Source of the DNA: Phoronis australis
Taxonomy: Eukaryota > Animalia > Phoronida
DNA length: 64,000 nt
NCBI GenBank assembly: GCA_002633005.1
Contig: NMRA01000003.1
Location: forward strand, 1,474,181-1,538,180
Direction: 5' to 3'
Shown here: piece by piece, positions 22,851 through 34,150 of the stretch
How the letters are laid out: each line of letters begins with the position of its first letter
Numbering within the stretch: position 1 is the stretch's first letter
Translations under genes and position numbers: made by a program
Notes under the pieces: generated by a model
The model's database searches: none
Told to the model about the DNA's origin: nothing
What the model saw: only the letters and a program-made list of their open reading frames with translations

Positions 22851-24594
22851 TTACTTCACTGATCAATTTATCATTGAAAACATCAACCATACCATCAGAG
22901 TGGAAATCCGCCGTTATTACTCCACTTTTCAAAGACGGTGACAAATCATGCTGCAAAAATTACAGACCCATTTCAATTCTGCCGTCTATATCAAAAATCC
23001 TTGAAAAATGGGTCCACAAAAAACTTCATTCTTACTTCCAAACTAACAACCTCTTGACTGATGTCCAGTCTGGTTTTCGACCACTCCATTCAACATTAAC
23101 TACTAACATTGACGTCACTGACCATATTTATTCTAATATGGATCAAGGATTATTGACTGGTGCTGTTTTTATTGATCTACAAAAAGCATTTGACACCGTC
23201 GACCACACTATCTTGTTAAAGAAGCTTAAAGCCTATGGGGTCAACGGTGTGGAAGCCAAATGGTTTCTGGAGTATCGTGGTAACAGAACTCAAGCTACCC
23301 ATGTCGGCAAAGATATCTCTGATCTCAAAACCGTTAAAACAGGTGTTCACCAGGTGTCTATACTGGGGCCCTTGCTATTTTGCATCTTTGTCAATGATCT
23401 CCCCTCAGTAATTCAAAATTCTAAAATTGTTCTCTATGCGCGGATGACACAACAATACTGTCTGCAGGCAGAACCTCGTCTGAAATCCAGGCCAATCTCA
23501 GCTAACAATCATTTCAGATTGGCTTGTATCCAATAAACTATCCTAAAATGTTTCTAAAACTAAAACTCTTCTATTTGGCACATCCCAAAGACTTAGAAAC
23601 CAAACCCTGTAATTAACTATGGATGGAAGATCAATTGAGAACGTCAATTCCTTTAAATATCTGGGACTTATATATGATCAAAATCTTAAATTCTCTCACC
23701 TCGTTGATTATATCTCAAAAAAAGGTGTCTAAGAAAGCTGGCGTATTGAAACGCATCAGTAATTTTGTTAACAGAGCAACACTGAAAACCCTGTTTAATG
23801 CTATCATTCAACCTCACCTAGATTATTGTGTAGCATCAGGCAAGAATATGAAAACCATCCAGGTTATCCAAAATAGGGCTGCCCGGATTATTCTGGGAGC
23901 TGGTGTTAGAGATATTAACATCGAAAACCTTCATAAAGAAACTGGTATAATGAAAATTCACACAAGACATCAATTCCTGTCTGCTTGTTCTATGTACGAA
24001 TGTTTTAAAGGTCTTGTCCTATCCTACTTATGTTCTAAGTTTAAGATGACTACTAATCGCTACAATACTAGGTCCTCATCATCATCTGATTTCAATCTTC
24101 CTAAACGCAGAAGCGAAACTGGGAAAAAACCATTTTCCTACAGCGGACCCTTTTTATGGAACTTTCTCCCTGCAGATGCCAAATCTACATCATCCTTTCT
24201 AATCTTTAAAAGAATTATAAGAAATAGATTTAACTTCATGTAGTGTCTAAGAATTGCATGTTTATTCATTTGTTATTTATATAATGTCTTACTTTTATTA
24301 ATTATTTATTGTCTGTTTTTAATTTTTTATATTCATATTAATATTTATATTTTACTTAATTATCTTGTCTTAATTTCTTTATCTTCTATTTATCGTATTT
24401 TAATTTTTTATTTTTTTCATTTTGCTTCATCAGTCTTTCCGTGTTAATTTCTTATTCTTTTCTTATTACTTAAATTTGTCTGTCATTTTGTAATTTTGTT
24501 TTTGCCTTACTGAGGGCCCCCATGGAAAGCAGTGTGAACTGATGGGGCTACCCTCATTATAAATATTGCATTAATGAATAAATAAATAAATAAA
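22850..24594 (+). mobile_element. 5'-truncated CR1/L2-group LINE (Crack/Daphne-like): RT, AT-rich 3'UTR, terminal stem-loop and (TAAA)n tail
   Basis: WKSAVITPLFK, NYRPISILPSISKILEK, QSGFR, FIDLQKAFDTVDH, SILGPLLF, frameshifted LYADD, FKYLGL, PHLDYC and QNRAARII. Ends GGGCCCCCATGG...GGGGCTACCCTC...(TAAA)n. Confidence 0.9.
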
Positions 24595-27500
24595 CAAAGT
24601 CTTATAAGCCTTGAAACTCAGACAACCAACAGCTGACAGAGAGACATACGATAAAATCCTTAAAGGCGGTGCCCTCATAGGACTGATGAGGCGCAAGTCT
24701 GAAAAATACAAGACAGAAGCAGTCCTCCAATGATACAAGTGTCGTAAATACGGCCTCTTCAGCTCAGACTGCAAGTCCGAAGTTGACAAATGCAATCACT
24801 GTGGTAACAACCACAAGTCTGCAGAGTGTGACAACCTGGAGAAAGAACCGACCTGTGCTAACTGCGGTGGCCCCCACCCAGCAAACCACAAGTCCTGTAG
24901 TCACTACACTGACAATAAATCAGCAACCAAACCAAGCAGCTGTCATACGCTCAGGCAGCAAAGGGCCCGTTAAACTATCTAAAGGTCCTCAGACTGGCTA
25001 TGACGCTCACCGAGCTGGCGGTGGGCATAATGATAACAAAACTTGGGCTCGACTTCGGAAAGGAAGAAGTCAGCCAGTTGATTGTTGACTCCGTCAACAC
25101 CAACTACAAAACAGATCTGAATAGCTCACAGATCCTCCAGCTGGTGACCAGACAGTGAAAATAGACAGTATCTAAAGAGTGCACCACGGGTTTCCGCCAT
25201 GGCTAGTCTACTACACATTAACCTCAATGGGGCGAGAGGTAAACGGCAAACTCTAATAGAGCATCTTGCCGACGAAAAACCAGACGTAGTATCCATGAAA
25301 GAAACCTGGCTATCCGACACGACCAAATTCACAATACCTGGCTACAGCTTTGTCCGAAAAGATCGCTCCGACCGCTCGGGTGGCGGGGTGGGCATCCTTG
25401 TCAGGCAAGAAGTTGATTTCACTCCCATAGACACAAATATGCTCAGAGCAGAAGTAGTGTCGGTTGAGTGCCGCAACAACAGCAAAACTATTGCAATCGT
25501 GTCCATCTACAACCCTCCGGGGAGCGCTGTAGACAAGTACCTATTCAGGCACTTCACAAACTCTTAAAGACAGTACATATTTGTGGGCGATTTCAACTCC
25601 AAGTATCTGTTTTTCGGAAACAGAAAAACTGACATAGCAGGCGAGTTATTTTTCGACGCCGTAGAAGACTCAGATCTTCATCTAGTCAACGACACTGGTG
25701 AGCCCACTTACCAGCAGTGGACTGGCGCACGCCGCCAGATCCAGTACCGCGAAGTCTTCGACTTCATATTCATTACCCGATCTTTACTCAGCTCAGTGCA
25801 TGAATGCGAGTTTAGGGCGACCTCATGAGTGACCACCTACCGGTGCACCTGAAACTAGAAAACACCAGAGGTCTGCTCGACTCCCACCCACAAGCTTACA
25901 AGCGCTCATTTAAGAAAATGAATTGGCAACAATTTAAGTGGGATGTGGAGATGAACATAGAATGTACGGAGAGCCCACTCCGTAGTCCAGCCGATATTGA
26001 TCATGCCTCTCAAGCGTTAAGCAATGCTATAAACAACGCATTGGATAAAAACTGTACCATTGTGAAGATTCGACCATTCACATGGCGTTGCTCAGCAGAC
26101 ACACTGATTCTTATCCGACTCAAACGCAAAGTCAGGCGCAAGATCCACGTCTACCCTGTCAACCCGATCTACCGTAACATCTACAATGTACTGAAAAGAC
26201 GTGTCGAGAACGCTGTCAAACAGGAGAAAGGGCAATCGTACATGCAATTCTGTGAGTCTCTAAATGAGGAAAGGGGCAAAGGTTTTTGGCAGGCCTTTAA
26301 GAGGATTACAGGCACGGGCACTCACAACCACCAGATTGCAAAACCACTGATTCATGACAACACAACTGCCTCCTCTAACTCAGACAAGGCCACAGTGTTT
26401 GCCAAAACTCTAGAGAGAACCCACAGGATGCACGAAGGCCCGATCTTCTGCAATATGACAAAACGCCTCGTGGACTGTGCAATGGTCCGAAAAGTACATC
26501 TGTTCAATACCCTTAACACAATTTCACAAGAACGCGGAGATGACCACGAAATGCTTGCTGAAATAACGCCATTCGAGATCAGGCGAACACTTTCTAAGTG
26601 TAAGAAAAAACAGCAGCCCAGGAAGCGATTCCATCACCTACGACGTTCTGACAAAATGTTCGCTGCCTCTCCATAAGAGGCTAGCCGAGATATACAACAA
26701 ATGCCTTGCTATCGGCCACTTTCCCAAACCGTGGAAAAGCGCAGTGGGTGTCATGATACCCAAACCAGACAAACACCACACTAACCCGGCCAACAACCGC
26801 CCAATCAGTCTGCTATCATGGATTGGCAAAACGTTCGAACGAATCCTCACGAATAGAATCAACGCAGAATTGGATTCTAAAGGCTTCTTTAACAGCTGGC
26901 AGAGAGCCTATAGGAAAACTCGTGAAGGAACCGAACACATCCATAGACTGATAGCTCAAGGCAAACCGGCAATGGGCAAAAACTTTTGCACCGGAGCCAT
27001 AATGCTAGATGTGGAAAAAACCCTTGACTCTGTATGGCATGACGGCATGAGATACAAACTCTCCAATATAGGTCTACCAGTCAAAATGGTTAGACTCCTG
27101 TCATCTTTCCTGAGAGAGAGAGATGCATCTCGGTCAGACAGGGACAATCCGTTTCGCAACCGGTGAAACTGAGGGCCGGCACCCTCCAGGGGCCCGTACT
27201 AAGTCCGTTGCTATTTCTTTGTCAACGACCTATCAGTTCACCCAAGAGACACAGTTCAGATATCCCAGTTCGCTGACGATCTCGGGTTCTGGACAAGTGA
27301 CAAACAAGAGACAGTTGTCCAAGCACGCATTCAGCGCGCACTATCAAAACTGTTGGACTGGTGCTCCATCTGGCGCATCAAACTCAATGCCGCAAAATCA
27401 CAGGTCATCCTGTTTCACCGCAAACGCAAACTGCGACCGTTCAGTCTTTCACTATTTGGTGTCAGGCTCACACCAAAAGCAGAGGCCACTCTGCTAGGGG

Positions 27501-28262
27501 GTAACCCTTGATCAAAGACTCACGTTACAACCTCACGTGCCACAACCAGAGTCAAGCTTATGTATCGATTGAAGGGCACAGGGTGGGGCGCTTGGAGCGA
27601 CCGCCTACTAGTGATCCACAAAATGTTCATCAGACCCCTATTCGAAAACGACGCGATCGATATTTCAACCTGTGCTCCTTCCACAATCGAAAACCTACAG
27701 AGAGTACAAAACTGGGGGCTGAGAATTGCTCTCGGACGGTCCAGACACTCCCGAACTGACAAATTACACGAGCTCGCCGGAATGCAAACTGTCTCCGACA
27801 GGCTGCAGTCACTCCGCGAAGCCACACTAAGCCGCATTTCCGTGACAAGCCTATTCCAGGAGCACCTAAGGGTTCTGGCCCTGCTCAACAGGTAAAAACT
27901 GTCCCGACGGGGCTGTATAAAGACAACCAAACTTTAGTGACAAACATGCACTGGAGCACCAAGGGTTCGGGCCCTGCGCTACTGGTAACTGTTCCGAGGG
28001 GGCGACGGGGCAGTATAAAGACAACCAAGGACTAACATGACAGCTATTGCCAATATGCCGGCTTCATGATAATCAAACTCTAAGCTATTGCCATCCAGCC
28101 AGCGTCTCGTCTCCACAAGAGGAAGAACACCACCACCAGCCTACCAGGCCCTACCGCTCGATCCACGTCCACTCCAACCACAGTGAGGACAGAAAGCGAG
28201 CTCGCCCGAACATGCGCAGCTCAGTGTCCGAGGGCCTCGCCCTAGTCTACTCTACTTTCTAA
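24595..28262 (+). mobile_element. Jockey-like LINE: ORF1 zinc knuckles plus ORF2 AP endonuclease and RT (degraded)
   Basis: ORF1 has CNHCGNNHKSAEC and CANCGGPHPANHKSC. ORF2 has HINLNG, ETWL, GGGVGILV, GDFNSK, SDHLPV, RPISLLSWIGKTFER, LDVEKTLDSVWHDG and QFADD. No RNase H seen. CTACT-rich end near 28250. Confidence 0.88.
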
Positions 28263-29128
28263 CCAACAGCTGAAACGAATGAATATTAATGTTAAAATGG
28301 ATTTATGGATGATAGGATTCAGGAAAGAACGTGAAATCGAAACAATACTGAGGGCCGAAGGCGTGAGCAGGGCCAAATGTTCTACCGTACTCGTCCGGTT
28401 TACGGCCCATGCTCGGCTTACCGCCCACCCCCGAAAATTTCAATTTTTCATTTTTAAGCGCCCATGCTTGGTTTACCGCCCAACCCCAATTTTTCATGAT
28501 CGAGACCGTAAAAGTATCTGTGCTTCTGTGAACGTTAGTCGCACAAAATTAAGATTCCAAAACGTGCGCAACTCGCTTACCTTTCTGTGACAATCAATCA
28601 GTCTTAGCGGAACCGGGACCTTGCCTTACTATGGCGGTAAAATACCCGTATTCTCATGCCCTTTACTGAAGGACACACAATTGTTTCCTTTGGCTCACGC
28701 CCGGAACTCCTGTCGGCATGTACATGTACTTATCACTGAGACAGCGCTTGTCGAATGTATTTCATTTGCTGTAGAGACCAGCAAAGCAGTACTTGACAGG
28801 GATATCACGTCCGTGGCCAGCCTTTCTGTGATTCTCCGTGACAGTATACGAAACATAACCACCCTGAGCATTGAAATAAAAAAGACATGGTCCATTGTGA
28901 CAAGCCAACTTGTGTCGCTGTTCTCGTCTTGATTGAACGCATGTTTTTAATGACTTTCACTCCTGACACCAAAATGGAAGCCCCCAACCAAAGGCAAGAG
29001 CGCAAAAAATCAACTTGTCATTAGCGCAAGTCGAACATTCTGTCCATGTTCCACCTGGTCAAAACCTTATTTTTTGAACTTTTGACTTGCCTGATGACTT
29101 TTTACAAGCGTTTTGGCAGCTGACTGAG

Positions 29129-32100
29129 TAGACCGGCAGCACAGAGCACTTAGCATAGATGAACGAGGTACCAACATCTGACCACGGGAGCATTTAAAGT
29201 CCACCTCAGTATGTACAGAAATGGACGTCTGCCGTTGTCTGCACTCTGGGTGTGACCCCTGGGGGCCTTACAAAGACCCCAAAAATGAACTAGACTAGAT
29301 ATTCGAGGTACCAACCAAAACTGATTTAAAACGAACAATAGTACGGCACTGAACACCGAATGACCCATGACAGACAAATTGCACTCTGGAATGGGTCCGG
29401 CAGAAACCAAAAAAGGACCCCCCAAAAATGAGCTAGCACATACATTCGAGGTACCACACAAAACCAATTCCATGTGATTCAATACATGTCACAGATCANG
29501 ACACTCAAATCACCAGTAACAATATGAATGAAACACTCAAGGATTGGCTCTATTTTAACGAATTATTACAAACTTTATCTTTTTCTTTGTTTGCAGTTTA
29601 TTTAAAAAATTCAAGGGAAACGCTAGACAAATTGTTCCGATACCTGTGAGGTGATTTCATAAGTTGAGTGTGACAAAATATGTGGTCGATTTTTAGTTCA
29701 AATTTGCTAAGTCAAGCCAAAAAAATGCGACTTAAGTGATTGTGGAGCGCAGTTATGCTAAGGTCACTTGTTCTTTAGAAAGTTAGTGAGGAATAATTAA
29801 ACTGTTCAAAAGTATTATCACGTGTTTGTAACCTAAAATGGGATGATGCAGCTGATCTAATATTTAAAAAATACCGTGTCAGACACAGTCATGTGACCCT
29901 ACCATGATGTGTCCAAAACTTTCAAACAGCATAGTAACAGATAGTCAAAATCACTGTATCGACAAGAACATCAAGCTACATACTATATGCTTAATGTCAA
30001 CAGTAGTTTGCTGTTAGTTTTTAATATGTTTCAATATCAGATTCGTCACTGTTACTCCAGCTTGATTCGGGCTCGCTTGTTTCGTCATAGCCCATTTCCT
30101 TTACCTCTTGATCGGCTTGGTTTTCTTGTAAAAGATCAGCACCTCCAAAAAGGACATCAGGAACGGCAGATCCACAAAACCATTTGGGAGTGTAGTATCC
30201 ATCTTTTACCTTCCAACCGTAGGTAAGAGGATCCAAACCGTTTCCCGGATCGGCCGAATCCACTTGGCCTCAGAGCAAGGCAACATAATGGGCTCGTTTG
30301 AGCTTGTTCAATAGTGTCTTTCGGCAAGGAGGAAGCAATGCGCAGTCAATCTTCTTGATGTTGGACATCTAGTTTTGGGGGGGCTCGAATTTCTGACCAA
30401 GTGGACCTTTTGCTAACAGAAAAGCTGGAGGACCAACGGTGTACCACCTTTAGTACTGTGAACTGTGCGTCTGCGCCTTTTTAGTGGACTTTTGTCTCGT
30501 TTCCACGGACTGTTTGTTTCTCTGAGGCGGACCTTTTTTGCCCACTTCGCCAAATGGGGGGCTCCTTCGAGCCCCCCCCCGAGCCCCCCTGGGTGCGCGC
30601 ATGAAATCTCATCACCATTTACTGTTTTTTGACGTGAAACTGGGCATTTTGGTTTAACACTATGAAAAAAATTGAAATTATTTTCGTTTTTTTATATTTT
30701 ATCAATTACAGTTATTACCTTGTTCATTTTTCCGGTCATCTCTATTAATTTCAGATATCGACGCTTCATTGACATCTTTGACTCCTCCCTTCATTAAATA
30801 GGAGGAATATGTCTTCTTCTAACTTTCTTCCGTCTGGGACATCTACGCTTATTAACTCTGAGAAGAAGGTGATAAGTGTCCCAGATGAGTCTTTCATCAG
30901 GATTTCCAGAGGCCTCACTTTCCCTGCTGCTGTGACGTCACACCCTGTCATTGCATGCAATTTTCAGGCAATGCTGCAGCGAGAACCCTTGTTACCGAAA
31001 CACATCGTTGTTTATACATTTACTTAAATAGCATTGGGACTCTGCCACGTGGCTGCGCACCAAATTAGGGGTGATTTGTATTTTATCACGGAAGACCTTA
31101 ATGTCGGCCATCGACAAATGACTCCGCGAAACTAAAACATTGCAAACACTATACACTACACTGAATTTCGACATCATGTAAAAATTTCTTCAAAAAGTTA
31201 CCACTAGGCGAGTTGTAAGACAGTTAAAACTGTCTTACATCTTGACACCCGTCTGCTTTTTGCTTGTAGTGATCATGAGAGTAAACACGCGCTTTAGTGA
31301 ACGAAAGTTTTTTTATAATTAGTTTTTGTTTCCTGCGGTCCCGCTTTTTGCAGTTAACTCGTTAAATCCACAACTTTTGTCACCAATTGTGTACTTCGAT
31401 GTTCGTGTTGCAATTTTTAATATCTTGTTGTCTAGTTGTTTGGATTTCCCACCCGAGTACTTGAATTAGCAGGGGAAAGCTGCATGAACGATTGTACCTC
31501 CACTTTTTAAGGTCCTTTCTGGGTTTTTGGTAGACTATTTCCGAGTAAAATTTGTCTTTCACGGGTCATTGGGTTTTCAGTGCAGCACGATTGTTGGTTT
31601 TAAATCAGTTTAATCTAACTGTCTCAAAAATGGCAGGCCGTGGTTGAGATTTTTGAGGGTTTCTGCCAGGCATAATCCAGAGTGTATTTTGTACCTCGAA
31701 AATCTAGTCTAGATCAAATTTTGATGGCACACCGTGGTTGAGATTTTTGGGGGTTTCTGCCGGGCACAATCCAGAGTGTAATTTGTCTGTCATAGGGCAT
31801 TTAGTGATCTGTGACATGTATTGAATCATATGGAATTGGTTTTGTGTGGTACCTCGAATGTATGTGCTAGCTCATTTTTGGGGGGTCCTTTTTTGGTTTC
31901 TGCCGGACCCATTCCAGAGTGCAATTTATCTGTCATGGGTCATTTGGTGTTCAGTGCGGTACTATTGTTCGTTTAAAATCGGTTTTGGCCGGTACCTCGA
32001 AAATCTAGTCTAGCTCAAATTTTTGATGGCATACCGTGGTTGAGATTTTTGGGGGTTTCTGCCGGGCACAACCCAGAGTGTAATTTGTCTGTCATAGGGA

Positions 32101-32506
32101 TTTTAGTGATCTGTGACATGTATTGAATCACATGGAATTGGTTTTGTGTGGTACCTCGAATGTATGTGCTAGCTCATTTTTGGGGGGTCCTTTTTTGGTT
32201 TCTGCCGGACCCATTCCAGAGTACAATTTGTATGTCATGGGTCATTTGGTGTTCAGTGCGGTACTATTATTCGTTTCAAATCAGTTTTGGTTGGTACCTC
32301 GAATATCTAGTCTAGCTCATTTTTGGGCTGTTTGTAAGGCCCCCAAGGGTCACACCCAAAGTGCAGGCAACGGCAGACGTCCATTTCTGTACATACTGTG
32401 GTGGACTTTAAATGCTCCTGTGGTCAGATGTTGGTACCTCGTTCACGTATGCTAAGTGCTCTGGGCTGCCGGTCTACTATGCTAAGTGCTCTGGGCTGCC
32501 GGTCTA
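29129..32506 (-). mobile_element. Internally deleted Academ DNA transposon with long TIRs and transposase C-terminal remnant
   Basis: GAG|TAGACCGGCAGC...GCTGCCGGTCTA|GAG (TAG termini, 3-bp TSD). TIRs are at least 370 bp. Minus strand encodes HAMTGCDVT..GKVRPL, LLPPCRKTLLNKLKRAHYVA and DPLTYGW...YYTPKW. Confidence 0.85.
31635..32330. repeat. Subterminal tandem repeats (~300-bp and ~95-bp units) inside the Academ right TIR
   Basis: CCGTGGTTGAGATTTTT recurs at about 31638, 31732 and 32034; GTGATCTGTGACATGTATTGAATC recurs at about 31804 and 32107. Confidence 0.85.
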
Positions 32507-34019
32507 GAGTACCCCTATAGCCTAGTAGTAGTATCTTCCGATTGTTGAGCACGTGCTTTGAAAAACAGCGGTGTTGGCTTTGAACTCAAAAAGAAATATA
32601 CAATGTATATAAAATGTTACATTGTTTAAAAGTGTTCAATAAGAATACCTGTCAATCATTAGTACGTGCTTGGTGTGTCCAGGGGAACAAATCTTTCCAA
32701 ATCAAGTGCTCCCCTAAATACACCGCGAACTAGCGGAGTATGGTGTGATCTGTCTTTTCTCTCAAGAAACTTGCCCTACTGAACGCACGCCTACCTGTAG
32801 GAATACCTTAGTTCTAAGAGATGACCAGCAGCGACCGAGGTACGTAAAAACCCAATCACGCTCCGGATCACGACGCCACTGTATTGTGTGCGCAGCTCGC
32901 CGAAGTCCGTTACTTCAAACCCCCGACCTATATTTTAACTGATATGCTTGAAGTCCGACGTCAGTGAAGCTCCGTCAGGGTAAAATCTAGGCAATGACCA
33001 TCGGTCCTCAGTGCAGTAAGCAACAACTCCCGACTTTTCAAAAATTTCGATTTTAACCGCCCATGCTCTGCTTACCGCCCACCCCCTGTTTTTAAGATTC
33101 CCAATTTGAGCGCCCAGGGCGGTAACGCAGACGAGTACGGTATATTTTGGTGTAGGCTACCAGTGATATCGCTCAATGGAAAGCAGACGATAACATGGAT
33201 CATTTTAAGTAAATATGCATTTGGATCAATTGACCTACATGGCCTCAAATCTATGAGTCAACTTAGGGAACCTTCGGGACCATCATGCAAAGTCGACACA
33301 AATTCAGTGTGCTAGTTGGCCCAAGTTAAGCAACTCCAGAGCGTCAATGAAAATTTTTATGCGCCAATGACGCCGGGAGCGACCTTAAAATTATTAATGT
33401 GACAAATATCCAATCACGAAAACTCATGATGCAAAAAATTCCAAATACAACAATAAGAAATAACACCACATAAGTCCAAGGTTTAGGTTGAAAATATTCC
33501 TAACAAAGTTAAAATTTTCTGAAACTTGCCAGGGAAATATTCCACCAGAAAAATATCTCTAATAATGCAGTTCCGTCAACAACCTTATATTCAGCACCGT
33601 TTACTTAAAGCTTTCCTAGCTAATTATAGCTAATTGCATGAAAAAGAACTGGGGGACCAACAGAATTCTTCCTCTGAAATACCACATCCACCTACTTTCG
33701 GTGAATCCTAGTTATACCATAGATACTCGTTACCTATAACCTATGGTTCTACGAAGGGTTGATTTTATGAAAGATAAATTTTGTAAGCCTGAATTAAGCC
33801 GTAGACAACGCCACACAGGACGTTCCAAAATGGAAAATCCAGGGTCTAGCGGACCTGCCACCAGGGCATTCCGCGTCTGGATCGACACTCAAGAAGAGGG
33901 AGAGGAATCGAGACAAGAATCCACGGTGTTGTACTTTTCAGAAAAAAATGAGACTCACCTCGGTTAAAGTTCTACTCGTTGATGGTTTCGATTCTAACTG
34001 CCAGTGACCGACTACTTCG

Positions 34020-34150
34020 AATCGTCACCGCTCACCAATCGATCGAACTCAGCCGACCAACCAACATAAGACACTTGTGTACGACCCTCCCGATGCTCCC
34101 TGATTCAAGTAGGAGCCCATTGTCCGTTTTGATCCACGGCTTGGCTCCTC
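34020..34150 (-). pseudogene. Tudor-knot/chromo-barrel-like domain fragment with an in-frame stop
   Basis: QAVDQNGQWAPT*IREHREGRTQVSYVGWSAEFDRLV resembles the AxDxxGxWyxaxI...VhyxGWxxxfDew pattern. Confidence 0.5.

Larger units (their letters stand above)
28385..33140. mobile_element. Tc1/mariner(pogo)-like non-autonomous element interrupted by an Academ element
   Basis: TA|CCGTACTCGTC...GACGAGTACGG|TA, with the subterminal motif CCCATGCTC.GCTTACCGCCCACCCC near both ends. Confidence 0.75.

Noticed and set aside
24680-24730. CTGATGA-GGC-GCAA-GTC-T-GAAA as a hammerhead ribozyme
   Set aside because: There is an extra base before GAAA, stems I and III do not form, and it lies in the LINE ORF1 reading frame.
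29150-29482. Repeated 110-aa ORF MNHMELVLCGTS... (also at 32123 and 63727) as a gene family
   Set aside because: It lies wholly within the Academ TIRs, so its recurrence reflects the repeat, and it starts at a non-ATG codon.
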